Source: a virus | Lineage: Duplodnaviria; Heunggongvirae; Uroviricota; Caudoviricetes | Reading direction: 5' to 3' (one strand) | Virus record (IMG/VR): IMGVR_UViG_3300021256_000058 | Location: 117,823-181,822 of that record | Length of the DNA: 64,000 nucleotides | Part shown: one piece after another, positions 22,289 to 32,797 of the stretch | How the letters are laid out: every line of letters begins with the position of its first letter | How positions within the stretch are numbered: the stretch's first letter is position 1 | The notes under the pieces: generated by a model | What the model was told of the DNA's origin: nothing | Seen by the model: the letters and a program-made list of their open reading frames with translations, nothing else | Databases searched by the model: none | Made by a program: the position numbers and the translations under genes

Positions 22289-22628
22289 TGTTTATGCAAA
22301 TCTCGTCAGAGAGTTTGATATTTTTAAAATTTGACAGATCAATTGTCAAGGGAGCTTCCGAACTAATAGAAGTAGTAACGTTATTATGATCGTCTGTCTT
22401 ATGAGTGTAAGTAATACTGTCATTAGATGCATTTGTAATATTTATTGGATTACCAGTAGTAGTATTGGCAGTATAGTACCATGGATAACTTGGAGAAGTC
22501 CAGGTCCAACTCTACTTGCGGCCATCCGCATATCCTGCTTCATAAACTTCATCAAGAAGTTTTTCAAGCTCTTCTTTTGTGAATACGATCTGTCCCTTAC
22601 TATTAGGATAGAACACTTTTACTTTCAT
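22275..22628 (-). CDS. hypothetical protein with 1 in-frame TAG, missed by the ORF track
   Basis: Its ATG overlaps the permease stop as TAATG. The 354-nt frame contains a single TAG and no TAA or TGA, which is notable in AT-rich DNA. Confidence 0.35.
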
Positions 22629-23878
22629 TATTCACTTTTCTCCTTTAACACTAAATTGAGGATAACTCCAACAATCAGACCGAGCGCAGTTGCTGAGAAT
22701 GAAAGTGTAGTTCCTCCAACTGCAAGACCACTAATACCAAGAGAAAGAACAGTAGAGACAATGATTAAATTCTTCTGGATATTAAGGTCAATCTTCTGTA
22801 ACATCTTAATACCTGAGCAAGCGATAAAACCATAAAGGATTATTGCAGCTCCTGCAAATACGCAGCTTGGTATGCTTGCAATAAAAGCTTGTACTGGGGC
22901 AAGGAATCCAAGTAGGACTAGGAATAGCGCTGCTCCCAATGTGACTTTAGTCGACGCAACTCGCGAAAATCCAACACAAGCAACGCCTTCTCCATAGGAA
23001 CAAATTCCGAGAGAACCTACGGAAGTACCGACTACGTTTGCAAGTCCTTCACCGATAAAGAGGCGTCCAAGTCCAGGCTTTTTGTAAAGATCTACACCAA
23101 CAATTCCTCCAAGTGCGGCATGGTCGCTTAAACATTCCATCATTGCGGAAATAGTATATGCAATGTACATTACTATGATGGGCACAAGAGTTGTAAACTC
23201 TACAGCAGCCCAATGAGTAAATGCGAAGTCTGGTACGGAAATGAATTTTAAATTGGCAAATACACTAAAGTCAATCAGCGGGTAAATTCCGCACACAGTC
23301 AAGATGACCGCATATACATAACCAATCAGAGTGCCCAAAAGGAATGGTAGAATTCGAGCAATACCTTTAGCATAATGTGAGATAATAGCGATAGCAAACA
23401 TTGTGATTAGTGCTGCGCTAACGCCCCACATATTTGTAATACCATTTACTTGAACATAAGTAAGAATAAAAGGCATCAGATTTACGCCAATCACAACAGT
23501 GACCGCACCAATAAGAGCATGAGGGAAGATTTTATATATCTTCTCTACTGGTACTTTTGTAAAAATAATACCAAATAAGCAATATACTAAACAAGTTACC
23601 AAACCACCGATTGCAACTGCGGTATAGCCTCCTGCGGCCAAGGCTGCCATTACTGGCGCTACAAAAGCACCAGAACTGGACACAAACATCGGAGACTTAA
23701 ATCCTGTGACAATTAAGTACAGAATTGTAGAAAGCCCTGCCCCAACCAGTGCTCCAGAGACCGCAACACCGCAGATATTTGCAATCAAAACTGTTGCAAC
23801 GAAAACTGAAAGTACAAGTTGAATTGAGAAGACTATCAGTTTATTAAACGGCAATTTGTCTTCAATATTATAAATCAT
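22628..23878 (-). CDS. NCS2-family nucleobase:cation symporter (uracil/xanthine permease-like)
   Basis: It has about 12 predicted TM helices. The C-terminal half, ...GFSRVASTKVT..IPSCVFAGAAIILYGFIACSGIKML, fits the UraA/PyrP signature. It is free of TAG. Confidence 0.75.
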   Translation of the reverse strand: MIYNIEDKLPFNKLIVFSIQLVLSVFVATVLIANICGVAVSGALVGAGLSTILYLIVTGFKSPMFVSSSGAFVAPVMAALAAGGYTAVAIGGLVTCLVYCLFGIIFTKVPVEKIYKIFPHALIGAVTVVIGVNLMPFILTYVQVNGITNMWGVSAALITMFAIAIISHYAKGIARILPFLLGTLIGYVYAVILTVCGIYPLIDFSVFANLKFISVPDFAFTHWAAVEFTTLVPIIVMYIAYTISAMMECLSDHAALGGIVGVDLYKKPGLGRLFIGEGLANVVGTSVGSLGICSYGEGVACVGFSRVASTKVTLGAALFLVLLGFLAPVQAFIASIPSCVFAGAAIILYGFIACSGIKMLQKIDLNIQKNLIIVSTVLSLGISGLAVGGTTLSFSATALGLIVGVILNLVLKEKSE

Positions 23879-24138
23879 TCTTCTACTACTTCTCTTTCTT
23901 TATCTTCAATAATTTCATTTAGGAATGTCCTTAGACTTTTTAGCATATCGACAGGCATATCCCTAAATATTTCGACGCCTTTGGGAAGCATTAGAGGGAC
24001 ATGGCCTGGGAATGCTTTGCAATAAACGTCATACATATGCTTAGCTGTTTCAATATCATACAGCTCGCTATCATAGTAAAGGAGATCAACTATCATATTT
24101 TCCATATACTCTCTCCAGCTCCGCAATAGCTTCATCAA
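23875..24138 (-). CDS. hypothetical protein
   Basis: An intact 87-aa ORF ending in TGA. Confidence 0.45.
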   Translation of the reverse strand: MMKLLRSWREYMENMIVDLLYYDSELYDIETAKHMYDVYCKAFPGHVPLMLPKGVEIFRDMPVDMLKSLRTFLNEIIEDKEREVVEE

Positions 24139-24604
24139 TATTGCTGACTAATACGCCAGCCTGCTTGATAAGACCAGTTACATAGAGATTCTGGTATGAA
24201 TACTGTTGTTCGCCCAATGAAGCAGCTCCGCCAGCATCTTTGGCTTCACTATGAGTAATATAGCACTGACGAGTATCAGTACAAATACCAATAATGTACT
24301 TATTATCTCCGCGTGAGATCTTTTCATGGAACTTACCGATCTCAGCGCATGTTCCAGAAGGCAATACATCACCATCAATGCAAGCAATAAGAACATCTGT
24401 ATTATCAAGCCGAACATTGTCTCCATTGGCAATTTCCTGGCTTCCCGCAAATTTCTTCTTACCCTCGACACCATTTATATCTGTATTCTCAACTGGGGAG
24501 TATACATAGGCATCAGGAAACTTTTCTCTAATCTTAGTGGCCCATTCAATATTGCGGAGATAGTCTCCATAAAAGAAAATCGGACCAGCGAGGTATATTT
24601 TCAT
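24086..24604 (-). CDS. nucleoside 2-deoxyribosyltransferase / Rcl-like (PF05014-type)
   Basis: The N-terminal MKIYLAGPIFF signature is followed by an Asp/Glu-rich core. It ends in TGA. Confidence 0.7.
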   Translation of the reverse strand: MKIYLAGPIFFYGDYLRNIEWATKIREKFPDAYVYSPVENTDINGVEGKKKFAGSQEIANGDNVRLDNTDVLIACIDGDVLPSGTCAEIGKFHEKISRGDNKYIIGICTDTRQCYITHSEAKDAGGAASLGEQQYSYQNLYVTGLIKQAGVLVSNIDEAIAELERVYGKYDS

Positions 24605-24628
24605 ACTCCTTTTTCTCCTTTTTATTTA

Positions 24629-25240
24629 TTATCCAACAGCTTCGATCAAATCATCACGCGGAATATCAGCAATTACATCATAAGCTGCAATAATCTGCTC
24701 ATTATGACGGAAGCCAATCACAAGATGCTGAAGGAACATCTCTGTTTTAATTTCCTTTACAAACGCTTGATCGAGCATACCTTTTATAATTTCATTATAA
24801 GAAAGGCCAGTTTTAGCGAACTCTTTAACTTCTTCATCAGTCAGATTCTGGAAAATTAATACTGTGAAAGTATCAATATCAGTTTCAACTACTAATCCTT
24901 CAGCTTCAAGTTCTTTAATAAATTTTGCACCTTTGTTAGCAAATGCTTGACGCTTATCTGCTTCAGTGAAATCTTCAATGATAATAACAGCAGAAGTTGG
25001 ATCTGGCTTGATATTATCAATTATCGGATCTACTGAAGGACTTGCGCTCGGCTGTACTGTCGGTGTAGGACTGGCACTTGGCTCTGGGCTAACAGATGGA
25101 GCCGGAGAAGGAATCACAGCTTCCAGAGTAGGAGTTGGTGACACAACTGGCTAAACAGGGCTTCTATGGCCGGCAACCGCAGTCACAATAACCGCAATAA
25201 CCAAAAGTATAATAACTAGCCATTTATAATCAAATTTCAT
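24629..25240 (-). CDS. exported or membrane-anchored protein with a Pro/Ser/Thr-rich linker and 1 in-frame TAG
   Basis: The true N-terminus, MKFDYKWLVIILLVIAVIVTAVAGHRSPV-TAG-PVVSPTPT..., lies upstream of the track ORF 24629..25144. It ends in TAA. Confidence 0.45.
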
Positions 25241-25541
25241 TTTTCATATCCTCCCAATAAGCAACAGATTTTCCTGCTGCTTGAGCATATTCTATCTCGC
25301 TTTTGGTTGATGAACCAATATATCTTGTTTCATCTGTTATTACAACAACCGTATCAGCGAGATCAATTTTTTGTTTATGAAGCGCATCAAGTCTTTCCTT
25401 ATCTTCTGCGCTCATGTCAACATGATCTGTGTGATGGAAAACATGCGGCATTAGGATAATAGCTCCCTGCATTGTAAGTTTTTCTGCGGCCTCCATAAAC
25501 AGATCTTTGTAACGGGTACTCCCGCACAAGCAAACTATCAT
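25230..25541 (-). CDS. hypothetical protein
   Basis: An intact 103-aa ORF ending in TGA. Confidence 0.5.
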   Translation of the reverse strand: MIVCLCGSTRYKDLFMEAAEKLTMQGAIILMPHVFHHTDHVDMSAEDKERLDALHKQKIDLADTVVVITDETRYIGSSTKSEIEYAQAAGKSVAYWEDMKNEI

Positions 25542-26020
25542 TTTTGCTCCTTTAAATTAATAACTCTCTGATTAGTAGATCCACGCATCCAAAGGCTAAT
25601 ATCTCTCTGCTCTTGGATAAATGGCCCATCAATCAGTACATCTATCGTAGCTAAAATATCTTTTAAGCGAGGGCTACTATGATTTTGAAGCTCTTCATAC
25701 GTAAACCCTGTCCAAAGATAAATTTTTATATCTGGGTATTCTTCTCTTACCGCAGTTGCAACCATATAAGTAAGAAAAAGATTTTCTTCTGCTAATGGTT
25801 CTCCTCCCATAATGCAGAAATCTCTTTGAATACCATTGGCCTTTATACCATTAATAATTTCATTAATTGTATCTACTGTAAAAGTTTTTCCGCCGTCAAA
25901 GTCCCAAGTCTCTGGATTATGACATCCTGGGCAATGTCTGTGACATCCTTGGACGAAGAATGTCAAACAGACCCCAGGAGCTGCAGCAACATCGTTATAG
26001 ATTATGCCAGCGTATTTCAT
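25538..26020 (-). CDS. nrdG: anaerobic ribonucleotide reductase activating protein (radical SAM)
   Basis: Contains the Cys cluster FVQGCHRHCPGCHNPETW. Its ATG overlaps the nrdD TGA. Confidence 0.85.
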   Translation of the reverse strand: MKYAGIIYNDVAAAPGVCLTFFVQGCHRHCPGCHNPETWDFDGGKTFTVDTINEIINGIKANGIQRDFCIMGGEPLAEENLFLTYMVATAVREEYPDIKIYLWTGFTYEELQNHSSPRLKDILATIDVLIDGPFIQEQRDISLWMRGSTNQRVINLKEQK

Positions 26021-28293
26021 CGCATAATCCCCGTATGCTTGGTTCTTTCTTCAACTTCAGCTTGCTTTCCTTTATTAAAAGCAGTCTTATAGTTGCCTGT
26101 CAAATAACCAGTTACACGGCGGAGTTGCTGGATATTTTCACTACCACAAACTGGGCAATGGTCATTAAATTCACCAGTATAGCCGCAGTCAAGGCAGGTA
26201 TCATTTGGGACATTGATTGCAAAATATGGAATATCATGTTCCATAGCATAATTGACAATTTCTTCAACAGCATCAATATTGTTCAATACTGCACCATCAA
26301 GCTCCACATAAGTAATGCAACCACCATTAGAATAGCCAGTAAGCTGACTTTCAATGTCGATCTTCTCAAATGGAGACACTTCTTTCCATACAGGAACGTG
26401 CATTGAATTAGTGAAATACTCATGGTCAGAAACATTTTCAATTACACCATATTGCTCTTTAAACTTCTTCATAGCAGTATAGCAAAGATTCTCAGCAGGC
26501 GTATAATATACACCAAAGTTCAAACTATATTTCTTTTTGAATTCTGCGCAACGAGTATTAAACAATTGTTCAATATGTTTTGCAAGATTCATACCTTTAA
26601 CAGTAGTATGATCACATCCAATCAATAGCTGAAGAGCTTCGGCAAGGCCAAGTTGACCAATTACTAAAGTGCCGTGCTTAAGCGCGGAACGGATTCCCTC
26701 TTCAGGAATATAACCAGCCATTGTGCCATTTTCATACATGAATTTTGCACTTTCAGGGCTCTGGCTGCAAATCCATTCAAAACGCTCAATTAACATATCT
26801 CTTGCTTCTGCGATCTTCTGGTCAAGATATTTAAGGAAATGATCTTCAAGATTTGGATCACTAATACCATATTCATCAACTATTTGTTTTGCAAGAGTTG
26901 GAAGAATAATAGTAACAGGGCAAATATTACCACGACCATCTTTCTTAAAGCCCATACCATTAATATCGAAACCATTATAAGTTCTACAGCCCATCGTGCT
27001 TACATACTGTGTAGGATCATTTTTATCATATCCCGCATTTACTGACCAATCAACATTAGCGTAATTAGGATACAATCTCTTTGCGGTGCTTTCCAAAGCC
27101 ATGCGATAAAGATCATAGTTAGGAGTACCAGGTTTATCATTAACGCCTTTCATATACTGGAAAATACCACAAGGGAAAATAGAAGTTTTATGCAATTTAC
27201 CAAGTCCTTCAATAGAAACACTAAGGAGAGCCTTAGTTACCATTCTACCTTCTGGAAGCGTGCAAGTACCATAATTAATTGAAGTAAAAGGCAACTGATT
27301 GCCGCTACGGGATTGCAGAGTATTCAGATTATGATACATACCTTCTGCTGCCTGATGGACTTCTTTTTCAGTCATATCATAGGCATAACGATAAATATCT
27401 GCATCTTCTTTAAAATAATCATCTTCAATACCAAATTGCAAGCGTTTTGCATACCCAACTACTTCATTGATATTATGATCGTCAAGATTACCAATGTACT
27501 TGCATCCATCTGCATAATGTTTGTAGAATGATTTGCGGACATAGGGCACCATTGTCCAATCCAGATGAGTTGCACTTACTCCACCAAACTGCTGTAAACT
27601 TTGAAGCTGAAATAAAACTGCAACAAGCTGAAATGCAGTATTCACAGAACCGGCTGGCCGCACATCTGTCTGGCGAGTATTAAACCCATTAGCGAGCAAA
27701 TCATCTAATGGAAGACTTAGGCAATTATGGTCACCAACTGCATAATGATCTAAGTCATGAATGTAAATCATATTACCTTCATGGTTTGCTCTTGCCATGT
27801 CTGATACCAAATAATCAAGAGCATATTGTTTAGTCATATAACTTGTAGCTTCACCCATACGACCGCCAAATGAGTGTTCATCAATGTTAGCGTTCTGGTT
27901 CTGTACATTTCTTGCTTCGAGCTTCTCTCGAATTGGACGAATGAAATCGTCTTGTACATTACGAGCTACTTCTTTTTTATATCTATATCTAATATATGCG
28001 CGAGCCACATCACGGCGCTCTGAGCGCATCAAATAATCCTCAACCCAGTCTTGGATTAACTCTACTGGGATGGGAGCAACACTACCAATGACTTTTTTGC
28101 CAATTTCAAGCGCAATATCTGTTGCTGTATCGTTTTCATAAAGTTTTCCATCAACTTCAATGAAAGCCTTATTAATAGCATTAATAATTTTCTGCGCATC
28201 GAAGTTGACAGTTGAGCCATCACGCTTCAATACATGCATATAAATAAAACCTCCAAACCAAAATATTGTGTTAATTTTCGCGGACATCCACAA
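26017..28293 (-). CDS. nrdD: class III anaerobic ribonucleoside-triphosphate reductase
   Basis: 758 aa with an N-terminal ATP-cone (VLKRDGSTVNFDAQKI), a C-terminal Zn Cys cluster (CLDCGY...CPVCGS) and a glycyl-radical tail RVTGYL. Contains no TAG. Confidence 0.9.
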   Translation of the reverse strand: MWMSAKINTIFWFGGFIYMHVLKRDGSTVNFDAQKIINAINKAFIEVDGKLYENDTATDIALEIGKKVIGSVAPIPVELIQDWVEDYLMRSERRDVARAYIRYRYKKEVARNVQDDFIRPIREKLEARNVQNQNANIDEHSFGGRMGEATSYMTKQYALDYLVSDMARANHEGNMIYIHDLDHYAVGDHNCLSLPLDDLLANGFNTRQTDVRPAGSVNTAFQLVAVLFQLQSLQQFGGVSATHLDWTMVPYVRKSFYKHYADGCKYIGNLDDHNINEVVGYAKRLQFGIEDDYFKEDADIYRYAYDMTEKEVHQAAEGMYHNLNTLQSRSGNQLPFTSINYGTCTLPEGRMVTKALLSVSIEGLGKLHKTSIFPCGIFQYMKGVNDKPGTPNYDLYRMALESTAKRLYPNYANVDWSVNAGYDKNDPTQYVSTMGCRTYNGFDINGMGFKKDGRGNICPVTIILPTLAKQIVDEYGISDPNLEDHFLKYLDQKIAEARDMLIERFEWICSQSPESAKFMYENGTMAGYIPEEGIRSALKHGTLVIGQLGLAEALQLLIGCDHTTVKGMNLAKHIEQLFNTRCAEFKKKYSLNFGVYYTPAENLCYTAMKKFKEQYGVIENVSDHEYFTNSMHVPVWKEVSPFEKIDIESQLTGYSNGGCITYVELDGAVLNNIDAVEEIVNYAMEHDIPYFAINVPNDTCLDCGYTGEFNDHCPVCGSENIQQLRRVTGYLTGNYKTAFNKGKQAEVEERTKHTGIMR

Positions 28294-28311
28294 TATAATG
28301 ATTTTTGCAAT

Positions 28312-28902
28312 TTATTCTTTATCATTTTTCGTCCAAGCGCTGATCGCAGCCAGGACTTGTTCTACCGTTTCATCAAGCAATGCACCCGTACCATTCTGGA
28401 CTTCAACATGCTCAGGAAAACGATTATTTATCCATTTGAAGTCTTGTTCATCTGTGCCATAACGTCTAACGATTTCCGCACAGTCTGGATTCGTTTCACG
28501 CATTAGCTGGCGCAATAGCCTAATTTTATCATCAGCTACAATGTAAATAGGCAATACATCAATTGTAGGGTGCTCTATCAATAACTCCAACCCTTCTGGA
28601 TTCCATACGCCAATATTGATTTGATCGTATTTTAATTCATCAAGAGAGGTTCCATAACACCAGTCTCTAAATACTGTAGCTTCTAACATTCGATTATTCA
28701 ATACTAAATCAGTAAATTTTTCATTAGTAATAAAATGATAATCTACTCCGTCTTGTTCTCCCTCTCTCATGGGCCGAGTTGTACAAGAGACAATCTCATG
28801 GAAGCCGCCATTTGCAACGACTTCCTTAAGAATAGTATCTTTACCTGAACCGGCTTTTCCAAAGAGAGCGACTACCTTAATCTTCATCTTCTTCGCTCCC
28901 AT
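28312..28902 (-). CDS. P-loop deoxynucleoside monophosphate / nucleoside kinase
   Basis: Walker A motif ALFGKAGSGKDT in a 196-aa protein ending in TGA. Confidence 0.55.
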   Translation of the reverse strand: MGAKKMKIKVVALFGKAGSGKDTILKEVVANGGFHEIVSCTTRPMREGEQDGVDYHFITNEKFTDLVLNNRMLEATVFRDWCYGTSLDELKYDQINIGVWNPEGLELLIEHPTIDVLPIYIVADDKIRLLRQLMRETNPDCAEIVRRYGTDEQDFKWINNRFPEHVEVQNGTGALLDETVEQVLAAISAWTKNDKE

Positions 28903-31900
28903 AATATCTACTACTTCGTAATATTAATGTTCCATCCGGACTTACTTCATCAATTTTATACAGTTGATGTCCTCCTTGTGACTGATATTTCTTCGCCACA
29001 AAGTCATCCTCATTTCGCATTCCATTGACAACAATCATACTTCCTCTTGAAAACCAAGAGTTCTCAACAACATGCTTTACGCCATCGTCGCCAATTTGAG
29101 AAATTCTCTTATCAAACATACTGAAATGTTCTTTGCGGAATTTGACATTTACAACTCCATCAACTGTCAACAAAGAAACTGTACTCTTCGTTTTATTCTT
29201 GCCTAATACGGTTCCACAAATCTTTGACAACTGGAACATTTTACCGCCATTACCGAATCTTTTTGCAATTACTGGTTCTTTTGGTAAATCAAAGAAATTA
29301 ACGAAACCATATTTTTCATTTTGGACATGAGCTAATTCATGCTCATGATAATAAAAACATAATGAATCCATCTCCCAAGAAGAGAGATTACCTTTTGCGT
29401 ATTTATTCCAATCTTCCGTGAATATTAAGTTATTCAATTTATCAAGAATCGCTTGCTTATCTGCCGCAATCCAATTTCTGAATACATCCATCCACTTCTG
29501 ATAAATCTTATCCCAATCAGCTAATAAAATAAAATATCTTGTTGCATCTGCCATTACCAAATTCTCATAACCAATTTCAGTCAAGAAATCAATTGCGCGT
29601 TCATCAACTCGATACATAATTTTATCAAATGCACACTTTGCTTTGAGATAACGATTAAACTCATAAATACGTCTTGCCATTACTCTTTCTTCCGTGTCTT
29701 CTGGCAACAAACCATATTTCATTAAGCTTGGAAGATTTTGTAAAGTCAAATTCGATTTTTTATCACAGGTCTCCCATATATACCACGCCATCACAAAACG
29801 ACGATCATACATATCATCAAAAGCTCCGCCTTTAATCAATGAAACCATCGCCTGCTTTTGTGGTTTTACTTTATAATAAAAATCTTTCGGAGAAGTATAT
29901 GGACGTTTCTCAATAATTTTTGCTACCAATTCATCGCCCACATTTACCATACCTTTTAATCCAAAAAGAATCCTATTATTTTTTGCATCTGGAATAAACC
30001 CATAATCGGATTCATTTATATTAACAATACTAACATCAATGCCTGCAGACCGCACATCTCCGATCGCCTTCGCGATTTTCGCATAATCTGTTGCTTTCCC
30101 TGCTTCTGGGTCTGTGGCTCCACTATTAACGATTAAACAAGCCGTATTCCAATATACCGGACTAAAATTAATCGCTAAATAAATCATCTGAACTCCAACA
30201 AATGAATATGGCAATGAATGATTCTTACTAAACGCATATCCCAATGATGGAGCTACTGCAACTTCCCAGATATAACTTGCATAAAGATTGTTTGCTACTT
30301 TTTCATACAATTGTTTGCGCAATTCTGGGATTTTTTTCATCTGTTTCTTTGCAACAATCTTACGTGCGGCATTCGCTTCACCGAGCGTAAAACCTGCAAT
30401 ATTTTCATCCATAAGAATTTCCATCATTTGTTCTTGAAGTGGAACTGTCCCATAATATGCATCACAATGCTGATGAAACGCTGCTTTCTGCGCTTCTGTT
30501 AACTCATGAGCATCCATTTCATCTTCAAACATTTCTGGATTATTCTTAATTCTTACATATCTATCTTGTGGAGACTCTTTACCTTTTTCCGCCATCAAAC
30601 GCATCAACGCTGAAGCTGCGGTCATTTCCAAAATATTCTGCGGTCTAAGTTTCTTCGCGATCATCAAACCAACACCTGTCGCAAACTGGAATATATCAAG
30701 AACATCACCATTCCCAAGATGATCCCAAATTCTCTGATCGCTTAAATCCATTACTTCTGGGTGAAGATATTGATTATAAAACTCACGCAAACTAATATCT
30801 GGAATTTCGCCATCACGCTTTAACAATTCATAACACTGAATAATCTTATCACTTGCTTCTGTCAACAGAAAGTCATACTTTGTATCTCCTGCTGCTTCTG
30901 CTTCATGCAGATCAAAACAAGTAATCAAATCTCCACTTGGAGTTCGCATTACACTTGCCGTATCATATGGCTCGCCCGCATACAAAATTACACCACTTGC
31001 ATGTGAGCTGCGTTTATTGACAAGACCGCAAATATATGTTATGATATCCAATAGACCTGGATAACGATTTACTTCATTAATAAATACTGTTACCGGTTGA
31101 CGACCACGCTCTTCATTTCCATGAACAACATCATCAATATCCCACAAAAATCCACGTTCTTGCGGAATCAATGATGACATATATAACGCATCATCATTAT
31201 TAATTCCATCTGGATATTCATCACTTCTATATCCACGACATGCTGTTTGAATCGCACTTTTCGTGCCTTCGGTTCCAAAAGTTGCTACCTGAACTAATCC
31301 AAACTCTCCACGCTCTTTACGAATTGCATCAAAGATTGCTGGACGTTTTGATGGAGCCAGGTCAATATCAATATCAGGCAATTCCGCACGTTCTTTATTC
31401 AAGAAACGCCAATATGGTAACTGCCAACGGATCGGATCAAGCTGAGTAATACCCAAAAGATAATTAGACAAGAAACCTGTTGCACTTCCTCGTCCCGGTC
31501 CTACGATTGAACCGCACTCCCAGAACAAATCAATGTAATGTTTGAATGTGTTAAAATACGCAAACAAACAGTCATGAAGCTTCTCCCCAATGTAACTAAC
31601 TACATCAGCCTCAGTCTCAATCCGTTCAACATATTCAGTTTTTCCATCCAAACCTTTTTCGCATAATGCCTTTAAGACTTCATTAATCCAATATCTTTCT
31701 TGAATATTATCACTATCTAACAATCTACTAATTGTTGGATACTGTTCATATTTACCTGCGTTTTGTTTTGGATAATCAGTTACATCTACTTTTGGAATAA
31801 TTTGAGTTTTCTCCAGACTAAACCATGAGATTTTATTCTGGAGTTCCATCGTATTTTCAAAAATCCAATCAACAACAGAATCATCTTCAAAAGATGCATT

Positions 31901-32737
31901 TAAAAGCTCTCGGCATTCATCTGCATCCATTAATCTCGCAAATTCATAAAATGCATCTACTTCTCTTGATCCACTGTCTTTATCATCTTTTGAAGTTAAA
32001 TATGCCTTATGAATCGGCCTATCTGCTGCTGTTAAATAATGTGCATCAGTTCCTACTACCATCGGAATATTATAATACCTTGCAATACTTAATAATTTCT
32101 TATTAACCATTACTTGATCTTTTGAAGTCGACGGCGCGCACTCAATATAAAAATCATCACCAAATATATCTTGAACAAATTCAATAAAACTAATGATGTT
32201 ATTATAAAATTTCTGCGCGAGAACTGTATCACCTTTTGCCATCGCAAGTTCCATACCTTGAGCTGATTTTGAAAGTTCTCCACCAATACATGCTGAAGTC
32301 GCAATAACATGGCCTTTATATTTCGCCATTATTTCTTTCAATTCAGACTTTAGAGTTGGAACTCTGTCCATCTTTTGGGCATTATACATATTAAACCAAG
32401 CTGTTGAACTTAATTCTCTCAATGCACGATACCCAATCTCATCTTTCGCAATAACAATAAAGTGAAAATAATGCTGCTTTTGCGGGCTGCGCTCTTCAAT
32501 CAAATAAATCTCATTACCCAGCGCAATCGTAAAATCAGGATATTTTTCACGATATTCTTTTGCAATCTTATTAACTTCCATATGAGCTGACAGACATTCG
32601 TGATCTGTAATTGCTATACCTGTCAGTCCCAATTCGATCGCTTTATCTATCAACTCTTTAGGACGATTAATGCAATCAAGTAACCTAATATTTGAATACA
32701 TTGTATGATTATGACAATTAAAATATTTTGTTACCAT
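28877..32737 (-). CDS. dnaE: DNA polymerase III alpha subunit-type replicase (family C, N-terminal PHP domain)
   Basis: 1,286 aa. The N-terminal PHP signature is NCHNHTMYS..GIAITDHE, and the core is polIII alpha-like. It has zero TAG and ends in TAA. Confidence 0.8.
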   Translation of the reverse strand: MVTKYFNCHNHTMYSNIRLLDCINRPKELIDKAIELGLTGIAITDHECLSAHMEVNKIAKEYREKYPDFTIALGNEIYLIEERSPQKQHYFHFIVIAKDEIGYRALRELSSTAWFNMYNAQKMDRVPTLKSELKEIMAKYKGHVIATSACIGGELSKSAQGMELAMAKGDTVLAQKFYNNIISFIEFVQDIFGDDFYIECAPSTSKDQVMVNKKLLSIARYYNIPMVVGTDAHYLTAADRPIHKAYLTSKDDKDSGSREVDAFYEFARLMDADECRELLNASFEDDSVVDWIFENTMELQNKISWFSLEKTQIIPKVDVTDYPKQNAGKYEQYPTISRLLDSDNIQERYWINEVLKALCEKGLDGKTEYVERIETEADVVSYIGEKLHDCLFAYFNTFKHYIDLFWECGSIVGPGRGSATGFLSNYLLGITQLDPIRWQLPYWRFLNKERAELPDIDIDLAPSKRPAIFDAIRKERGEFGLVQVATFGTEGTKSAIQTACRGYRSDEYPDGINNDDALYMSSLIPQERGFLWDIDDVVHGNEERGRQPVTVFINEVNRYPGLLDIITYICGLVNKRSSHASGVILYAGEPYDTASVMRTPSGDLITCFDLHEAEAAGDTKYDFLLTEASDKIIQCYELLKRDGEIPDISLREFYNQYLHPEVMDLSDQRIWDHLGNGDVLDIFQFATGVGLMIAKKLRPQNILEMTAASALMRLMAEKGKESPQDRYVRIKNNPEMFEDEMDAHELTEAQKAAFHQHCDAYYGTVPLQEQMMEILMDENIAGFTLGEANAARKIVAKKQMKKIPELRKQLYEKVANNLYASYIWEVAVAPSLGYAFSKNHSLPYSFVGVQMIYLAINFSPVYWNTACLIVNSGATDPEAGKATDYAKIAKAIGDVRSAGIDVSIVNINESDYGFIPDAKNNRILFGLKGMVNVGDELVAKIIEKRPYTSPKDFYYKVKPQKQAMVSLIKGGAFDDMYDRRFVMAWYIWETCDKKSNLTLQNLPSLMKYGLLPEDTEERVMARRIYEFNRYLKAKCAFDKIMYRVDERAIDFLTEIGYENLVMADATRYFILLADWDKIYQKWMDVFRNWIAADKQAILDKLNNLIFTEDWNKYAKGNLSSWEMDSLCFYYHEHELAHVQNEKYGFVNFFDLPKEPVIAKRFGNGGKMFQLSKICGTVLGKNKTKSTVSLLTVDGVVNVKFRKEHFSMFDKRISQIGDDGVKHVVENSWFSRGSMIVVNGMRNEDDFVAKKYQSQGGHQLYKIDEVSPDGTLILRSSRYYGSEEDED

Positions 32738-32767
32738 AACTTCGTCCTTTCATAGTTTTCATATTAT

Positions 32768-32796
32768 ATTATAACATATTTTTTTCTAAAAAGCAA
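32768..32796 (-). promoter_or_regulatory. sigma70/sigmaA-type promoter TTGCTT-N17-TATAAT on the - strand
   Basis: Seen on the + strand as attata...aagcaa with an exact 17-nt spacer. It lies upstream of the polymerase start. Confidence 0.6.
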
Positions 32797-32797
32797 G

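Noticed and set aside
28270-28300. A promoter-like TTGCAA...TATATT element upstream of the kinase and downstream of nrdD.
   Set aside because: The spacer is far too short, about 7 nt, so it does not fit the N17 family.
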